A stretch of 63,126 bases of DNA, counting the filler, from Octopus bimaculoides (taxonomy: Eukaryota): NCBI RefSeq assembly GCF_001194135.2. It is 7 parts of 7 records of this genome, joined end to end, with 100 filler letters (N's around TTAATTAATTAA, not from the genome) between each part and the next. Parts side by side here need not be neighbours in the genome. Positions count along the whole stretch, not along the records: positions 38,688 to 50,740 come from NC_068999.1; positions 50,841 to 56,782 come from NC_068996.1; 5 more parts are not named here. One strand, given 5' to 3'. Shown here piece by piece: positions 38,588 through 52,269 of this stretch. The notes under the pieces are model-generated. The model was not told the DNA's origin. It ran no database searches and saw only the letters and a list, made by a program, of their open reading frames with translations. How positions within the stretch are numbered: the first letter of the stretch is position 1; each line of letters opens with the position of its first letter. Made by a program: the position numbers and the translations under genes.

Positions 38588-39360
38588 NNNNNNNNNNNNN
38601 NNNNNNNNNNNNNNNNNNNNNNNNNNNNNNNTTAATTAATTAANNNNNNNNNNNNNNNNNNNNNNNNNNNNNNNNNNNNNNNNNNNNAATAAACACAAGT
38701 AAAAATATAAAAAACAAAATTAAAAACAAGTGGAAAGGAAATGTTTGCTATTTTTTTTATTTTATTCGAAATTTGTTTAAATATATAATTTATACATATA
38801 TTTCTTTTTGGCATTTATTTAATGATTCGGAGTGATTTAGTATAGAAAAGAAACACACAAAAAAAAAAAATTAAAAACAACCCCTCCCCCTCAAAGAACA
38901 ACAATTTATCTATGATTATAATTATCCTTTTACAGATTAATTATCTTTATATTTAGAAATGAAACTATTTTTTTTTGTTAATATTCACATCTATACTATA
39001 TTTCAAATGAGCTGAATCTGTGGTCATTGTGGATTTTATTGCTAAATGCCATATTCTTTGATATGTATTAGTTGGTACCAGTGGCACAGTGAAACTAAGA
39101 TCTATTATGAACAAGCCCATATGATGGCATCCAGTCTTACAGTGCGTATATTAATACCTAAACAACAAATGGGATATTCAAAGATCAAACCAATGGCAAT
39201 GTGACATAGATGTAAATATTGCATAATAAAATGACCATTTTGTCTTTAAAGATGATGTTAATTAGTATGAAGCAATTATAATCTCATTAACAATCATCTC
39301 ATACATTCAGATATCTATTTTTAATCTAATGTGTCTCTCATTCTGTGAACNNNNNNNNNN

Positions 39361-39760
39361 CAAGTCGATTACATCGACCGCAGTACGTAACTGGTACTTA
39401 ATTTATCGACTCCGAAACAATGAAAGGCAAAATCGACCTCGACGGAATTTGAACTCAGAACGTATATACAGACGACATACCGCTAAGCATTTTGCCCAGC
39501 GTTCTGACGTTTCTGTCAGCTTGCCGCTTTTATTTTTTCTTATTTCTTTATTGCCCACAAGAGGCTAAATATAGAGGGGACAAAGGTATTAAGCCGATTA
39601 CATAGACCTCATTGTTTCACTGGTACTTAATTTATCGACCCCGAATGGATGAAAGGCAAAGTCAACCTAGGCGGAATTTGAACTCAGAATGTAACAGCAA
39701 ACGAAATACTGCTAAGCATTTCGTCCGGCATGCTAACGTTTCTGCCAGCTCACCGCCTTT
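39361..39760 (-). mobile_element. Two tandem SINE family 1 copies
   Basis: Reverse complement of the family 1 unit, twice. Confidence 0.85.
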
Positions 39761-42483
39761 ATTTTTTTATTTTTTTGTATACAATGGGCTTCTTTCAGTT
39801 TCTGTCTACCAAATCTATCTACAAGGCTTTGGTTGGCCTGAGGCTATAGTAGAAGTGTGTTAAGGGAGTTCATCAGGAAGAACATGTATCTATATTTATA
39901 TATAGTTATATACAAGCTTGGATCTGGTTGGGAAGCAAACATCAGTGTTAAGAAGTTTATTCTCAACAATGTAGAGTTGGGTTCAAATCCATTATATGGG
40001 ATTCACAGCATGTATCTTCTATTATTGTCCTTGGCTGACCAAAGCCTTGTGAATAAATTTGGTAGATGGAGACTGAAAGAAACCCGAAATGTGCAGATGT
40101 ATTTGTGTGTATCCTTGCCAGTGAGCATCATCATCATATAGTAAGATTGTTTGCTTCCTGCTCTCTGAACGAAACATGGCTAGCTATTGGATAATATTAC
40201 TTTGCTCAGAAACAGGTGAGAGTTGGTGACAGGAAGGGCATCTGGTCGTCGACATCCAACTCAAACAAGCATGGAAAAGTCGATATTAAATGATAATAAT
40301 AATTCGATGATGAAGATCATCATCATCATCATCACCATTTCAGATGGTCACATCATCTTTTCAGTTGTAATACTTTCGATCATATTTTTGCTTGACCTAA
40401 GTTGTCCAGGAGTGGAACAACAACAACAACAACAATAATAATACAAATAAACAAAAGTAAAAATAAGATCGGAAGAGCGNNNNNNNNNNNNNNNNNNNNN
40501 NNNNNNNNNNNNNNNNNNNNNNNNNNNNNNNNNNNNNNNNNNNNNNNNNNNNNNNNNNNNNNNNNNNNNNNNNNNNNNNNNNNNNNNNNNNNNNNNNNNN
40601 NNNNNNNNNNNNNNNNNNNNNNNNNNNNNNNNNNNNNNNNNNNNNNNNNNNNNNNNNNNNNNNNNNNNNNNNNNNNNNNNNNNNNNNNNNNNNNNNNNNN
40701 NNNNNNNNNNNNNNNNNNNNNNNNNNNNNNNNNNNNNNNNNNNNNNNNNNNNNNNNNNNNNNNNNNNNNNNNNNNNNNNNNNNNNNNNNNNNNNNNNNNN
40801 NNNNNNNNNNNNNNNNNNNNNNNNNNNNNNNNNNNNNNNNNNNNNNNNNNNNNNNNNNNNNNNNNNNNNNNNNNNNNNNNNNNNNNNNNNNNNNNNNNNN
40901 NNNNNNNNNNNNNNNNNNNNNNNNNNNNNNNNNNNNNNNNNNNNNNNNNNNNNNNNNNNNNNNNNNNNNNNNNNNNNNNNNNNNNNNNNNNNNNNNNNNN
41001 NNNNNNNNNNNNNNNNNNNNNNNNNNNNNNNNNNNNNNNNNNNNNNNNNNNNNNNNNNNNNNNNNNNNNNNNNNNNNNNNNNNNNNNNNNNNNNNNNNNN
41101 NNNNNNNNNNNNNNNNNNNNNNNNNNNNNNNNNNNNNNNNNNNNNNNNNNNNNNNNNNNNNNNNNNNNNNNNNNNNNNNNNNNNNNNNNNNNNNNNNNNN
41201 NNNNNNNNNNNNNNNNNNNNNNNNNNNNNNNNNNNNNNNNNNNNNNNNNNNNNNNNNNNNNNNNNNNNNNNNNNNNNNNNNNNNNNNNNNNNNNNNNNNN
41301 NNNNNNNNNNNNNNNNNNNNNNNNNNNNNNNNNNNNNNNNNNNNNNNNNNNNNNNNNNNNNNNNNNNNNNNNNNNNNNNNNNNNNNNNNNNNAGGTGCAA
41401 GTTGATTGGATTAAACCCAGTACTCAACTGGTACTAATTTAATGACCCTGAAAGGATGAAAGGCAAAATCAACCCTGGTGAAATTTGAACTCAGAACATA
41501 GATGGACGAAATGCAACAAAGTATTTCACCTCTTCATGGTAATGATTCTGCCAGTTGTCACCCTTAATAATGGTAAGATTTCTTTTATAATAATAATAAT
41601 AATGTTTTGTCTTGGTATAAAAGATGGGCTACAGCAAATATTCTGCTCAATACCACAGATCTGCTTGTCAGTTGCTTCACCTTAACCAGTTAAGCATGTC
41701 TCTTGGTGGCTGACGATATGTGCATCCCTGATCACGAGCAGAAGTATTGGGGGACCATCAAGCCAGGTGTTGAGAGGAATTCTTTGGGGTTTGGATAATT
41801 CACTTTTGGAAACATAGGTGTTTTGTTCATCATCCTTAAACAACCATTAATCAGGTCCTTTTGAGCGGGATGGGCTACTCGACCTGAAGAAAATTTTAAC
41901 TGGGCCCCACCTGCAAGGCCATGTGTTGTTTATCTTGTTATGGGATCACCATGCCGCACACATATAGTTGTGATGCATCTGCCTGGTGTACCCTTATTAG
42001 GCGGGTAGTCATGATGGGTATATTGGGCTTCATATATTTGTACCCCAGTGTCACTTTGATGGCATGCACTGCTCTCTCACTCAATAATGATAATAATAAT
42101 AATAATAATTATAATCATAATTAGAAGAAGAAGAAACACCTTTTACTGTCATCTTAACATCAGACTACCATCTTATAACTGAATCACTTTTAAAACAAAT
42201 ATCAAATTCACTTGTTTTGACAGACATTCTCTAGAACAATACACTGTACAAAGCCAAATATATGGCATCCTAGTCATAGCACCAGCTTGAACTTCTAACT
42301 TGTTTCTTGAGGTCTCTGGGTGACCACACTAACAGGGCCTACCACACTAACAAGGTCAATAAAATCAAGTACTTTTCAAGTACTGGCTTCAATGTCATCA
42401 AAAGACCACCCTTCCCTTAAAAATTGCTGGCCTTGTCTCAAAATTAAAAAAAAAATTATTATTATTATTATTGTTATTATTAT

Positions 42484-42893
42484 TAAGCTGGCAGAATCAT
42501 TAACCAACTGGGGAAAATGATTGACAGTATTTTGTCTGGTTTTACGCTGAGTTCAAATTGCATAGAGGTCAGCTTTACCTTTCATCATTTTGGGGTTGAC
42601 CCTTCCCATTCGCCAAAATGTCAGGCTTTGTGGTTTAAGTACAGAAGATTATTATTATCATCATTGCTATGATTAAGGCGGTGAGCTGGTAGAATTGTTA
42701 GCATGCTGGATACTGGGCGAAATGCTTACCAGTATTTTGTCTATCTTTACATTCCTGAGTTAAAATTTCGTTCAGGTCAATTTTGCCTTCCATTCTCTTG
42801 GGGTCAATAAAATAAACTGAGCACTGGGGGTCGATGTAATCAATTTACTCGCTACGCAAAACTTGCGGGCCTTGTGCCAAAATTTCAAACCAT
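42484..42893 (+). mobile_element. Two tandem SINE family 1 copies just downstream of the MPDU1 stop
   Basis: Family 1 unit twice, followed by (ATT)n up to about 42968. Confidence 0.85.
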
Positions 42894-42898
42894 TATTA

Positions 42899-42967
<69 letters not shown>

Positions 42968-42988
42968 GTCATAATAATTTCGGAATCC

Positions 42989-43240
42989 TTAGGAAGTCTT
43001 CGGTTTTGATTTTGATTTTGCGTTGATGGCGTTTGTAGAATTCCAGTAATAGAGCACCTGGAATGCTATCAGACCGTTGAGAGAGGCAGACACAACAAAT
43101 GTTATCATTAACAGATTGTCACCGGTTTCCTGCATCGATGTGAAGATCCTAGCTAAAGCCCCGCCAAACAGCAGGAATATGGTAATAGCAGACAGCTGTC
43201 CTGTGTTCTGGTTTTTGTAGTTTTCAGAGGCTTGAAGTAA
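42989..43240 (-). CDS. MPDU1: Last coding exon of mannose-P-dolichol utilization defect 1 (PQ-loop protein)
   Basis: Acceptor TTTTTGTTCTTTCAG|, then [67 protein letters not shown]...KPKTS*. Matches the recalled MPDU1 C-terminus ([41 protein letters not shown]). Upstream exons not found; they may lie in N gaps or another block. Confidence 0.93.
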   Translation of the reverse strand, partial: LLQASENYKNQNTGQLSAITIFLLFGGALARIFTSMQETGDNLLMITFVVSASLNGLIAFQVLYYWNSTNAINAKSKSKPKTS

Positions 43241-44206
43241 CTGAAAGAACAAAAAGAAACAACGTTACCAAAATACGATACATAGGGTGTTGAGTGTTTT
43301 TTTGAGGAACCGAGCTAAAACAGAAGACTGGAGCCTGGTGCAACTCTCCAACTTACCAGCTCTGGTCAACCATCTAACCTATGCCAGCATGGAAATCGGA
43401 CCTTAGAAGTTGATGATGATAATAATGATGATGATGATGATGATGATAATGATATATATATATGTGTGTGTGTATGCATATTATCTCTATCTAAAATTCT
43501 CTCTCTCTCTCTAGATATATATACTTATATATTTATTAATTACATACCTATACGGTGTATTCTATTCCAATAGGCATATGTGTATATGTGTGACTAGCTG
43601 CAGCGTATGAGCATGAAATATGCGTGAATATGATTTGCATGTCATATATACACTACATAACAAGATATATGTACACACACTGACGCTAAAACTATAGATA
43701 TCACACGCAGATGCACATTCATACACAAGCACAAAACAGATATGCACACACACAAACACATGCACACACACAAACACATAGATACGTATACATACACACA
43801 CACGTATGTATGTATACATACACAGACACACATTCCCAGAGTAATGCATTTTACACTATCGCTGCCCCAGCCTCTGCCTCCCCCCACTGCAACACACCAC
43901 CTCCCCCACGCCACAGCCTGATGCAAATAAGAATATTTGTTTTATTCAACATTTTGTAAAATAAAAAAAATAAAAAATTACAACATAAACGAGGAAAAAC
44001 AACAACAACAGCAACGTGAACATCAACAACATGAACGAGACCAACATCTAGAAAAGAAAGAAAACACTATAAAAAACAAAAAAAAAACATTGGCACTGAC
44101 AAACATGAACAATAACAACAAGAACAACAGCAGCACTGACAACATCATGATCATCAGCAGGACCATAAACAATAAAAACAGCAACAACAACAACAACAAC
44201 AACAAC

Positions 44207-44269
<63 letters not shown>

Positions 44270-44554
44270 GCCATTATGAAGAACAACAAAAGGAAAAGAC
44301 AGGTGATGCACTGTGCAAGCACCGACCAACAGGAAAAGATGATTGGCAGGTGTATGTGTGCATTTCAGGCAGCACGTCCCATGTGGCACCATTCCTTCAC
44401 TGTTGCTAATTGGCAACAATGGTGGTGGTGGTGGTAGTGATGATGGCGGTGGTAGCTGTGATGGTGGTGCGAAGGATGTTTGCACTGGCAGACAGCATTG
44501 CATACGTAGATATACGCACACTGTACCGAATTCATATACACACACATGCACATA

Positions 44555-44587
<33 letters not shown>

Positions 44588-45544
44588 GCATATATANNNN
44601 NNNNNNNNNNNNNNNNNNNNNNNNNNNNNNNNNNNNNNNNNNNNNNNNNNNNNNNNNNNNNNNNNNNNNNNNNNNNNNNNNNNNNNNNNNNNNNNNNNNN
44701 NNNNNNNNNNNNNNNNNNNNNNNNNNNNNNNNNNNNNNNNNNNNNNNNNNNNNNNNNNNNNNNNNNNNNNNNNNNNNNNNNNNNNNNNNNNNNNNNNNNN
44801 NNNNNNNNNNNNNNNNNNNNNNNNNNNNNNNNNNNNNNNNNNNNNNNNNNNNNNNNNNNNNNNNNNNNNNNNNNNNNNNNNNNNNNNNNNNNNNNNNNNN
44901 NNNNNNNNNNNNNNNNNNNNNNNNNNNNNNNNNNNNNNNNNNNNNNNNNNNNNNNNNNNNNNNNNNNNNNNNNNNNNNNNNNNNNNNNNNNNNNNNNNNN
45001 NNNNNNNNNNNNNNNNNNNNNNNNNNNNNNNNNNNNNNNNNNNNNNNNNNNNNNNNNNNNNNNNNNNNNNNNNNNNNNNNNNNNNNNNNNNNNNNNNNNN
45101 NNNNNNNNNNNNNNNNNNNNNNNNNNNNNNNNNNNNNNNNNNNNNNNNNNNNNNNNNNNNNNNNNNNNNNNNNNNNNNNNNNNNNNNNNNNNNNNNNNNN
45201 NNNNNNNNNNNNNNNNNNNNNNNNNNNNNNNNNNNNNNNNNNNNNNNNNNNNNNNNNNNNNNNNNNNNNNNNNNNNNNNNNNNNNNNNNNNNNNNNNNNN
45301 NNNNNNNNNNNNNNNNNNNNNNNNNNNNNNNNNNNNNNNNNNNNNNNNNNNNNNNNNNNNNNNNNNNNNNNNNNNNNNNNNNATCAAATAATCAAACACA
45401 AAAAGTGCTTAAACACTGCTTTACTTATGGGACACTGAATGTATTTGTGCAAATACACGAGTACACTTGTATACACATATAATCATACATACAAATGTAT
45501 GTACATATACGCTTGTTTATGTGAGGATATATTCATATATATAC

Positions 45545-45592
<48 letters not shown>

Positions 45593-45845
45593 GTATATAT
45601 GTGGTATATGTACACATATGGCTCTTGCCACAGGCACCGTACTCACACCTTTTTGTAAATAGATGTGTCTGTGAGTGAAGATGTTTTCTATGCATTACAA
45701 AACATGCAGACATAGATTTGTGTATAACGTATTTCTAAGAGGCTGTTTACATGCTTGTACCAAACTGCGACAGTGAGCTTGCATTTGTGTGTGCACATAC
45801 ATACATACATACATACATACATACATACATACACACATACATACA

Positions 45846-45895
<50 letters not shown>

Positions 45896-46682
45896 NNNNN
45901 NNNNNCATACATACATATATATATATATATATATACAGTTCGAAATCAAACTATATTTGTAGGAACACTAAACTCGGCTTGCGAAGACCTGTTGAGGCAA
46001 GCGAAAGCGAAATCATGATGGCACATGTACGCGTGGAGCACTAAGAGCACCGTCTGAGCGTGATCGTTGCCAGAGCAGCTGTCTGGCTTCCGTGCTGGTG
46101 GCACATAAATAGCACCAGCATGATCGTTATCAACGTCGCCTTCGTGGTACTTGTGCCAGTGGCATGTGAAAAGTCATTCGAGCGAGATCGTTGCCAGTGC
46201 CGATGGACTGGCCCTCTGCTGGGTTCCCAGCTAAAGCTGGAATTCTTCAGGTGTAGAAAATACAAATTTCATGATGATTATACCATAGAATGGGTTTGGT
46301 TAAGAGTAAATAATTAAAGATGTGTTAAAGAATTTTCCTTGTCTTCTCCTTTTCATTGCATATATATACATACATATATATATATGTATATATATAAAGG
46401 TAATAAGAATATCCGTTTTTACTACCAGTATCAATTACCAATGTTAACCCTGGGCATGGGTATGCAAGTACACCATGCTTATAGGGTACAAGTAATAAAG
46501 GATAAATAAGAGTTTATCAGAAATGAAATTTAAAATAAGCAAAAAAAATGGAGAAAACTTTTGATCAACAAACAAACAAAATGACCAACATTGGTTAATT
46601 ATTTTTTAATACAAAACTTAACATTGCTTATGGCCATTTCGGCTGCCAATGTCAGTCGGTGCCTACAAAGAAAATTCCAAAA

Positions 46683-46815
46683 TTAATAATCATCAACTTT
46701 ATAGCACATTTGAGCTAGTACATGGAGCTTCATCAGAGTGAATACAAATACATAGAATAAAAGAAGGGAAGGGGAAAGAACAGGGTCTTGAGATGAGGCC
46801 AGAACGCTCAATATA
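46683..46815 (-). repeat. Interspersed repeat also present at 57632-57770 in the opposite orientation
   Basis: Shared ...TTTTATT.TATGTATTTGTATTCACTCTGATGAAGCTCCATG.ACTAG.TC..ATGTGCTATAAAG. Confidence 0.75.
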
Positions 46816-46832
46816 TTAGAATAATACCATTT

Positions 46833-46872
<40 letters not shown>

Positions 46873-48644
46873 CATATGTATTTATGTATGTGTGCATATG
46901 ACAAAGAAACTAAAATAATGATAAGAAAACTGAAGTGTAGACCAAATATATAACGCATGGGTTTGATCGGCAAAATATGACTGCCTCCACGTATAACAAT
47001 AACTGTTTCAAAACATGATTTCACAACAAGAATCTTACAAAAGAAATACATCAACATATATACATATACACACATATATATATATATTGATATAATGCTT
47101 ATGTCTTAAGAATTTAGAAATTTCAAGAGATATAAAGGACATTGGTTTTGATGCAGGAACTTGAAGTAGACAAAGCTATAAATAATAGCGTGTAAGGAGT
47201 AAATAATGCGTACAAAAACAATTTGGATGAAGTTGTAGGCTGCCCATGGGATTTGACTGCATAGCCTCTGTTAACACAACACGCTATAGTCTTAACCGGT
47301 GCTGGTGACATGTAAAAGCACCCACTACATTCTTGGAGTGGTTGGCATTATGAAGGACATCCAACCGTAGAAACCAGGCGCCCCCTAGCTTACCAGCCCT
47401 AGTCAAATCATCCAACCGATGCCAGCATGGACAACAGATGTTAAATGATTATGATGATGATGATGATATATATACATGCGCACCCTTTAAGGTGATGCAC
47501 CAGCATGGCCACAGTCAAATAACTGAAACATATCCTGCATGAATAACTTAAGTATGCTGCTCGAAAGCACACTGCTGGTGTAGTGAATGGAGAAAGCTTG
47601 GTTTCCAATGTTTGCAGCCGTGTGTCCTTGTCAAGAGCAGGGCTCAATTAGCCACCAACAGAGCTGTAAATGCAAAATATGAGTCCTAGAGTGCACAATG
47701 TTCCTGAAGGTCAGCAATGGTCTTACTCAATCCCGAGTGGACGGCCATCATGTATGCACGCATATATGTGTATGGATATATATATATATATATATATANN
47801 NNNNNNNNNNNNNNNNNNNNNNNNNNNNNNNNNNNNNNNNNNNNNNNNNNNNNNNNNNNNNNNNNNNNNNNNNNNNNNNNNNNNNNNNNNNNNNNNNNNN
47901 NNNNNNNNNNNNNNNNNNNNNNNNNNNNNNNNNNNNNNNNNNNNNNNNNNNNNNNNNNNNNNNNNNNNNNNNNNNNNNNNNNNNNNNNNNNNNNNNNNNN
48001 NNNNNNNNNNNNNNNNNNNNNNNNNNNNNNNNNNNNNNNNNNNNNNNNNNNNNNNNNNNNNNNNNNNNNNNNNNNNNNNNNNNNNNNNNNNNNNNNNNNN
48101 NNNNNNNNNNNNNNNNNNNNNNNNNNNNNNNNNNNNNNNNNNNNNNNNNNNNNNNNNNNNNNNNNNNNNNNNNNNNNNNNNNNNNNNNNNNNNNNNNNNN
48201 NNNNNNNNNNNNNNNNNNNNNNNNNNNNNNNNNNNNNNNNNNNNNNNNNNNNNNNNNNNNNNNNNNNNNNNNNNNNNNNNNNNNNNNNNNNNNNNNNNNN
48301 NNNNNNNNNNNNNNNNNNNNNNNNNNNNNNNNNNNNNNNNNNNNNNNNNNNNNNNNNNNNNNNNNNNNNNNNNNNNNNNNNNNNNNNNNNNNNNNNNNNN
48401 NNNNNNNNNNNNNNNNNNNNNNNNNNNNNNNNNNNNNNNNNNNNNNNNNNNNNNNNNNNNNNNNNNNNNNNNNNNNNNNNNNNNNNNNNNNNNNNNNNNN
48501 NNNNNNNNNNNNNNNNNNNNNNNNNNNNNNNNNNNNNNNNNNNNNNNNNNNNNNNNNNNNNNNNNNNNNNNNNNNNNNNNNNNNNNNNNNNNNNNNNNNN
48601 NNNNNNNNNNNNNNNNNNNNNNNNNNNNNNNNNNNNNNNNNNNN

Positions 48645-48676
<32 letters not shown>

Positions 48677-50365
48677 AACACACACACCAACATACACACA
48701 AACACAGTCAAGCACATGCATGCATATGTGTCTATGTTCATCTTAATGAGTTTATGCTTTGACACTGCTTAGTCAAGTGATGACATTGTTTATCTTGGTA
48801 TATGTCCCACGTAAATGCTTACTTGCATTTCAACCAGATGTCGAGGAATGTACCTGGCACAAACCTAAGTAAGGGGCTCATACAAGGAAAAAGATCCAGC
48901 AGAATAGTGTGTCGAGAATTCTCCCATGCCAGTAAGTTTTGAATATTATTTTTGCTTGCAAAGTCTGGACAAAGGGGAAGTGTCCATGATTTTTTGTAGG
49001 ATCTCTGACACCAGTAAGCTTGATGCCATCAATGCTACATTTGTGTTGCAGGAAAAACCTGCTGGGAACTGATGCTCTGGGGAGAAAGGGTTGGCCATTG
49101 GAATTGGCCACCCTCTTCACTCTTTTGCCGAACTACTACGTTATGGGGACATAAACACACCAACATCGGTGGTTGTCAAGCGATAGTGGTGGGGAGGACA
49201 AACACAGACACATAAGCATATACAGAAACACACACACACACATATGTGACGGTCTTCTTTCAGTTTCCGTCTACCAAATCCACTCACAAGGTGTTGGGGT
49301 TAGGGTTAGGCTATAATTGAAGACACTTGTCCTAGGTGTCACACAGAGGGACTGAACCCGGGACCATCCGGTTGGAAAGCAAGCTTCTTACCACACAGCC
49401 AACCAACTTTGTTTCCCCGTAACATCCAGAAAAAGGATATTTTAAATGAAATTTCCTACAAATATAATTCAGAAGGTATGCTTTCAATTATATTNNNNNN
49501 NNNNNNNNNNNNNNNNNNNNNNNNNNNNNNNNNNNNNNNNNNNNNNNNNNNNNNNNNNNNNNNNNNNNNNNNNNNNNNNNNNNNNNNNNNNNNNNNNNNN
49601 NNNNNNNNNNNNNNNNNNNNNNNNNNNNNNNNNNNNNNNNNNNNNNNNNNNNNNNNNNNNNNNNNNNNNNNNNNNNNNNNNNNNNNNNNNNNNNNNNNNN
49701 NNNNNNNNNNNNNNNNNNNNNNNNNNNNNNNNNNNNNNNNNNNNNNNNNNNNNNNNNNNNNNNNNNNNNNNNNNNNNNNNNNNNNNNNNNNNNNNNNNNN
49801 NNNNNNNNNNNNNNNNNNNNNNNNNNNNNNNNNNNNNNNNNNNNNNNNNNNNNNNNNNNNNNNNNNNNNNNNNNNNNNNNNNNNNNNNNNNNNNNNNNNN
49901 NNNNNNNNNNNNNNNNNNNNNNNNNNNNNNNNNNNNNNNNNNNNNNNNNNNNNNNNNNNNNNNNNNNNNNNNNNNNNNNNNNNNNNNNNNNNNNNNNNNN
50001 NNNNNNNNNNNNNNNNNNNNNNNNNNNNNNNNNNNNNNNNNNNNNNNNNNNNNNNNNNNNNNNNNNNNNNNNNNNNNNNNNNNNNNNNNNNNNNNNNNNN
50101 NNNNNNNNNNNNNNNNNNNNNNNNNNNNNNNNNNNNNNNNNNNNNNNNNNNNNNNNNNNNNNNNNNNNNNNNNNNNNNNNNNNNNNNNNNNNNNNNNNNN
50201 NNNNNNNNNNNNNNNNNNNNNNNNNNNNNNNNNNNNNNNNNNNNNNNNNNNNNNNNNNNNNNNNNNNNNNNNNNNNNNNNNNNNNNNNNNNNNNNNNNNN
50301 NNNNNNNNNNNNNNNNNNNNNNNNNNNNNNNNNNNNNNNNNNNNNNNNNNNNNTATATGTATATG

Positions 50366-50401
<36 letters not shown>

Positions 50402-50640
50402 TGCATATATATACATATATACACACACAAACATATATATATGTTTATATATGTACATATATAAACATGCATGCACGTGCTTTTCGATGGAGGCATGCAT
50501 ATGTATATAGGTGTATGTATGTGCATAAACATATGTATATACATACAAAACAGACGGACACCCACACACATATATGTGCATATAGGTGTGTATATGAGCA
50601 TATAAACATATGCACATATATATGCATGTGTGTATACATT

Positions 50641-50678
<38 letters not shown>

Positions 50679-50705
50679 AATATGCATATAAGTGTTTGTG
50701 TGGGA

Positions 50706-50740
<35 letters not shown>

Positions 50741-50840
50741 NNNNNNNNNNNNNNNNNNNNNNNNNNNNNNNNNNNNNNNNNNNNTTAATTAATTAANNNN
50801 NNNNNNNNNNNNNNNNNNNNNNNNNNNNNNNNNNNNNNNN

Positions 50841-51222
50841 GCAAGCAAAATGCCTAGCGGTATTTTATCCGTCTTTACGTTCTGAGTTCAAATTCCGCTA
50901 AGGTCGACGTTACTTCTCATCCTTTCGGGCTCAATAAATTAAGTACCAGTGAAGCACTGAGACGATGAGATTGACTAGTCCCTTCCCCAAAATTTCAAGC
51001 CTTGTGCTTTTAGTAGAAAGGATTATTATTATTATGGCAGAATCGTTAGCACGCCGGGCAAAATGCTTAACGGCATTTCATCCCGTCCTTATGTTCTGAG
51101 TTCAAATTCCGCCCAGGTCGACTTTGCCTTTCATCCTTTCGGGGTCGATAAATTAAGTACCAGCTGAGTAGTATGGTCTATGAAATCGACTATCCTCTTC
51201 CCTTTGTGCCTATAGTAGAAAG
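50841..51222 (+). mobile_element. Two tandem SINE family 1 copies
   Basis: Family 1 unit twice; the second shares its ATT tract tail-to-tail with the minus-strand Dong fossil. Confidence 0.85.
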
Positions 51223-51224
51223 AG

Positions 51225-51745
51225 GTATTATTATTATGATCATTTCACTTTTCAGAGCTCTCGATTTCACTTGTTCCTGCAAAGTATGTAAGAGCGAACA
51301 ACAAACCGTTGCCAAGGGTCTCACAGGGTCCACGATATTTATCATCCATGTAACAATCTCAAAATTCTCGTTGTTCCGATAAAGCAGGTTTCTGAACATG
51401 TTCTACCTCCATGTTAATCCCAATTTTTCCAGAATATTTCTCAAAGTTAATTGTTAATGCTTCCGATGTCCCTACAACTACTGCGCTGACAGTTACTTTT
51501 TTTCATTGATAACATTCGTGCAATTTTATCTTTAGTAGATTTTAGTAGTTTACACTTCTTAATACTTTCTTCTTCGTTGTCATTGTCTCGTACATCCCCA
51601 GGTATGTCAATATCTCTGATTTTGGTTTCCTTCATCATTTAATCAATTACAACAAAGTCTGGTCACCAAGCATCAGTCACTGAATCACATCACAATGTTG
51701 TAAAATCCCATATAATCTTATATTCATTATTTTGGTGACTTATTA
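51225..51745 (-). mobile_element. Second, distinct Dong/R4-clade RLE fossil with (TAA)n tail
   Basis: Minus strand NNEYKIIWDF..CD....*PDFVVID*MMKETKIRDIDIPGD..., then after a frameshift ...VVVG...INFEKYSGKIGINMEVEHVQKPAL; ends GAAAAGTGAAATGATC-ATAATAAT. Confidence 0.8.
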
Positions 51746-51775
51746 TTATAACTGTTGTTCCTGTCATTGTTGTTA

Positions 51776-52180
51776 AGGCGGTGAGCTGGTAGAGACGTTA
51801 GCACGCCGGGACGAAATGCTTAGCGGTATTTCGTCTGTCTTTACGTTCTGAGTTCAAATTCCACCGAGGTCGACTTTACCGTTAATCCTTTCGGAGTCGA
51901 TATATTAAATACCAGTCAAGTACTGGGGTTGATGTGATCGACTTCCAACCTCCCCCCTCACAAAAAAAAAAAAAATCGGGCCTTGTGTCTATAGTAGAAA
52001 GGATTATTATTGTTGTTGGCGGCGAGCTGGCAGAGTTGCTAGCTGGACGAAATGCTTTGTTGTATTTCGCCCGTCGCAACATTCTAAGTTCAAATTCCGC
52101 CGAGGAAGACTTTGCCTTTCATCCTTTCGGGGTCGATAAATTTAGTACCAGCGAAACATAGCAGTCGATGTAATCGACTA
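51776..52180 (+). mobile_element. Two tandem SINE family 1 copies
   Basis: Family 1 unit twice, separated by ATT/GTT. Confidence 0.85.
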
Positions 52181-52269
52181 GTGTATTGTAATCAAAGCAA
52201 CATGTTTGCTTTGAGTCAATCGTAAGTTTTGTATTGTAACAATAGTTCAAACATTTATATTCAAAATTT

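Noticed and set aside
41590-42080. Probable interspersed repeat between (TAA)n tracts
   Set aside because: Single occurrence in the window with no diagnostic motif; it cannot be classified from sequence alone.
43937-44437. Asn/Gln-rich 166-aa ORF
   Set aside because: An (AAC/AAT)n microsatellite translation in the presumed MPDU1 intron with no splice support.
47441-49120. ORFs at 47441-47647 and 48878-49120 as upstream MPDU1 exons
   Set aside because: No similarity to the MPDU1 sequence I recall and no suitable splice sites.
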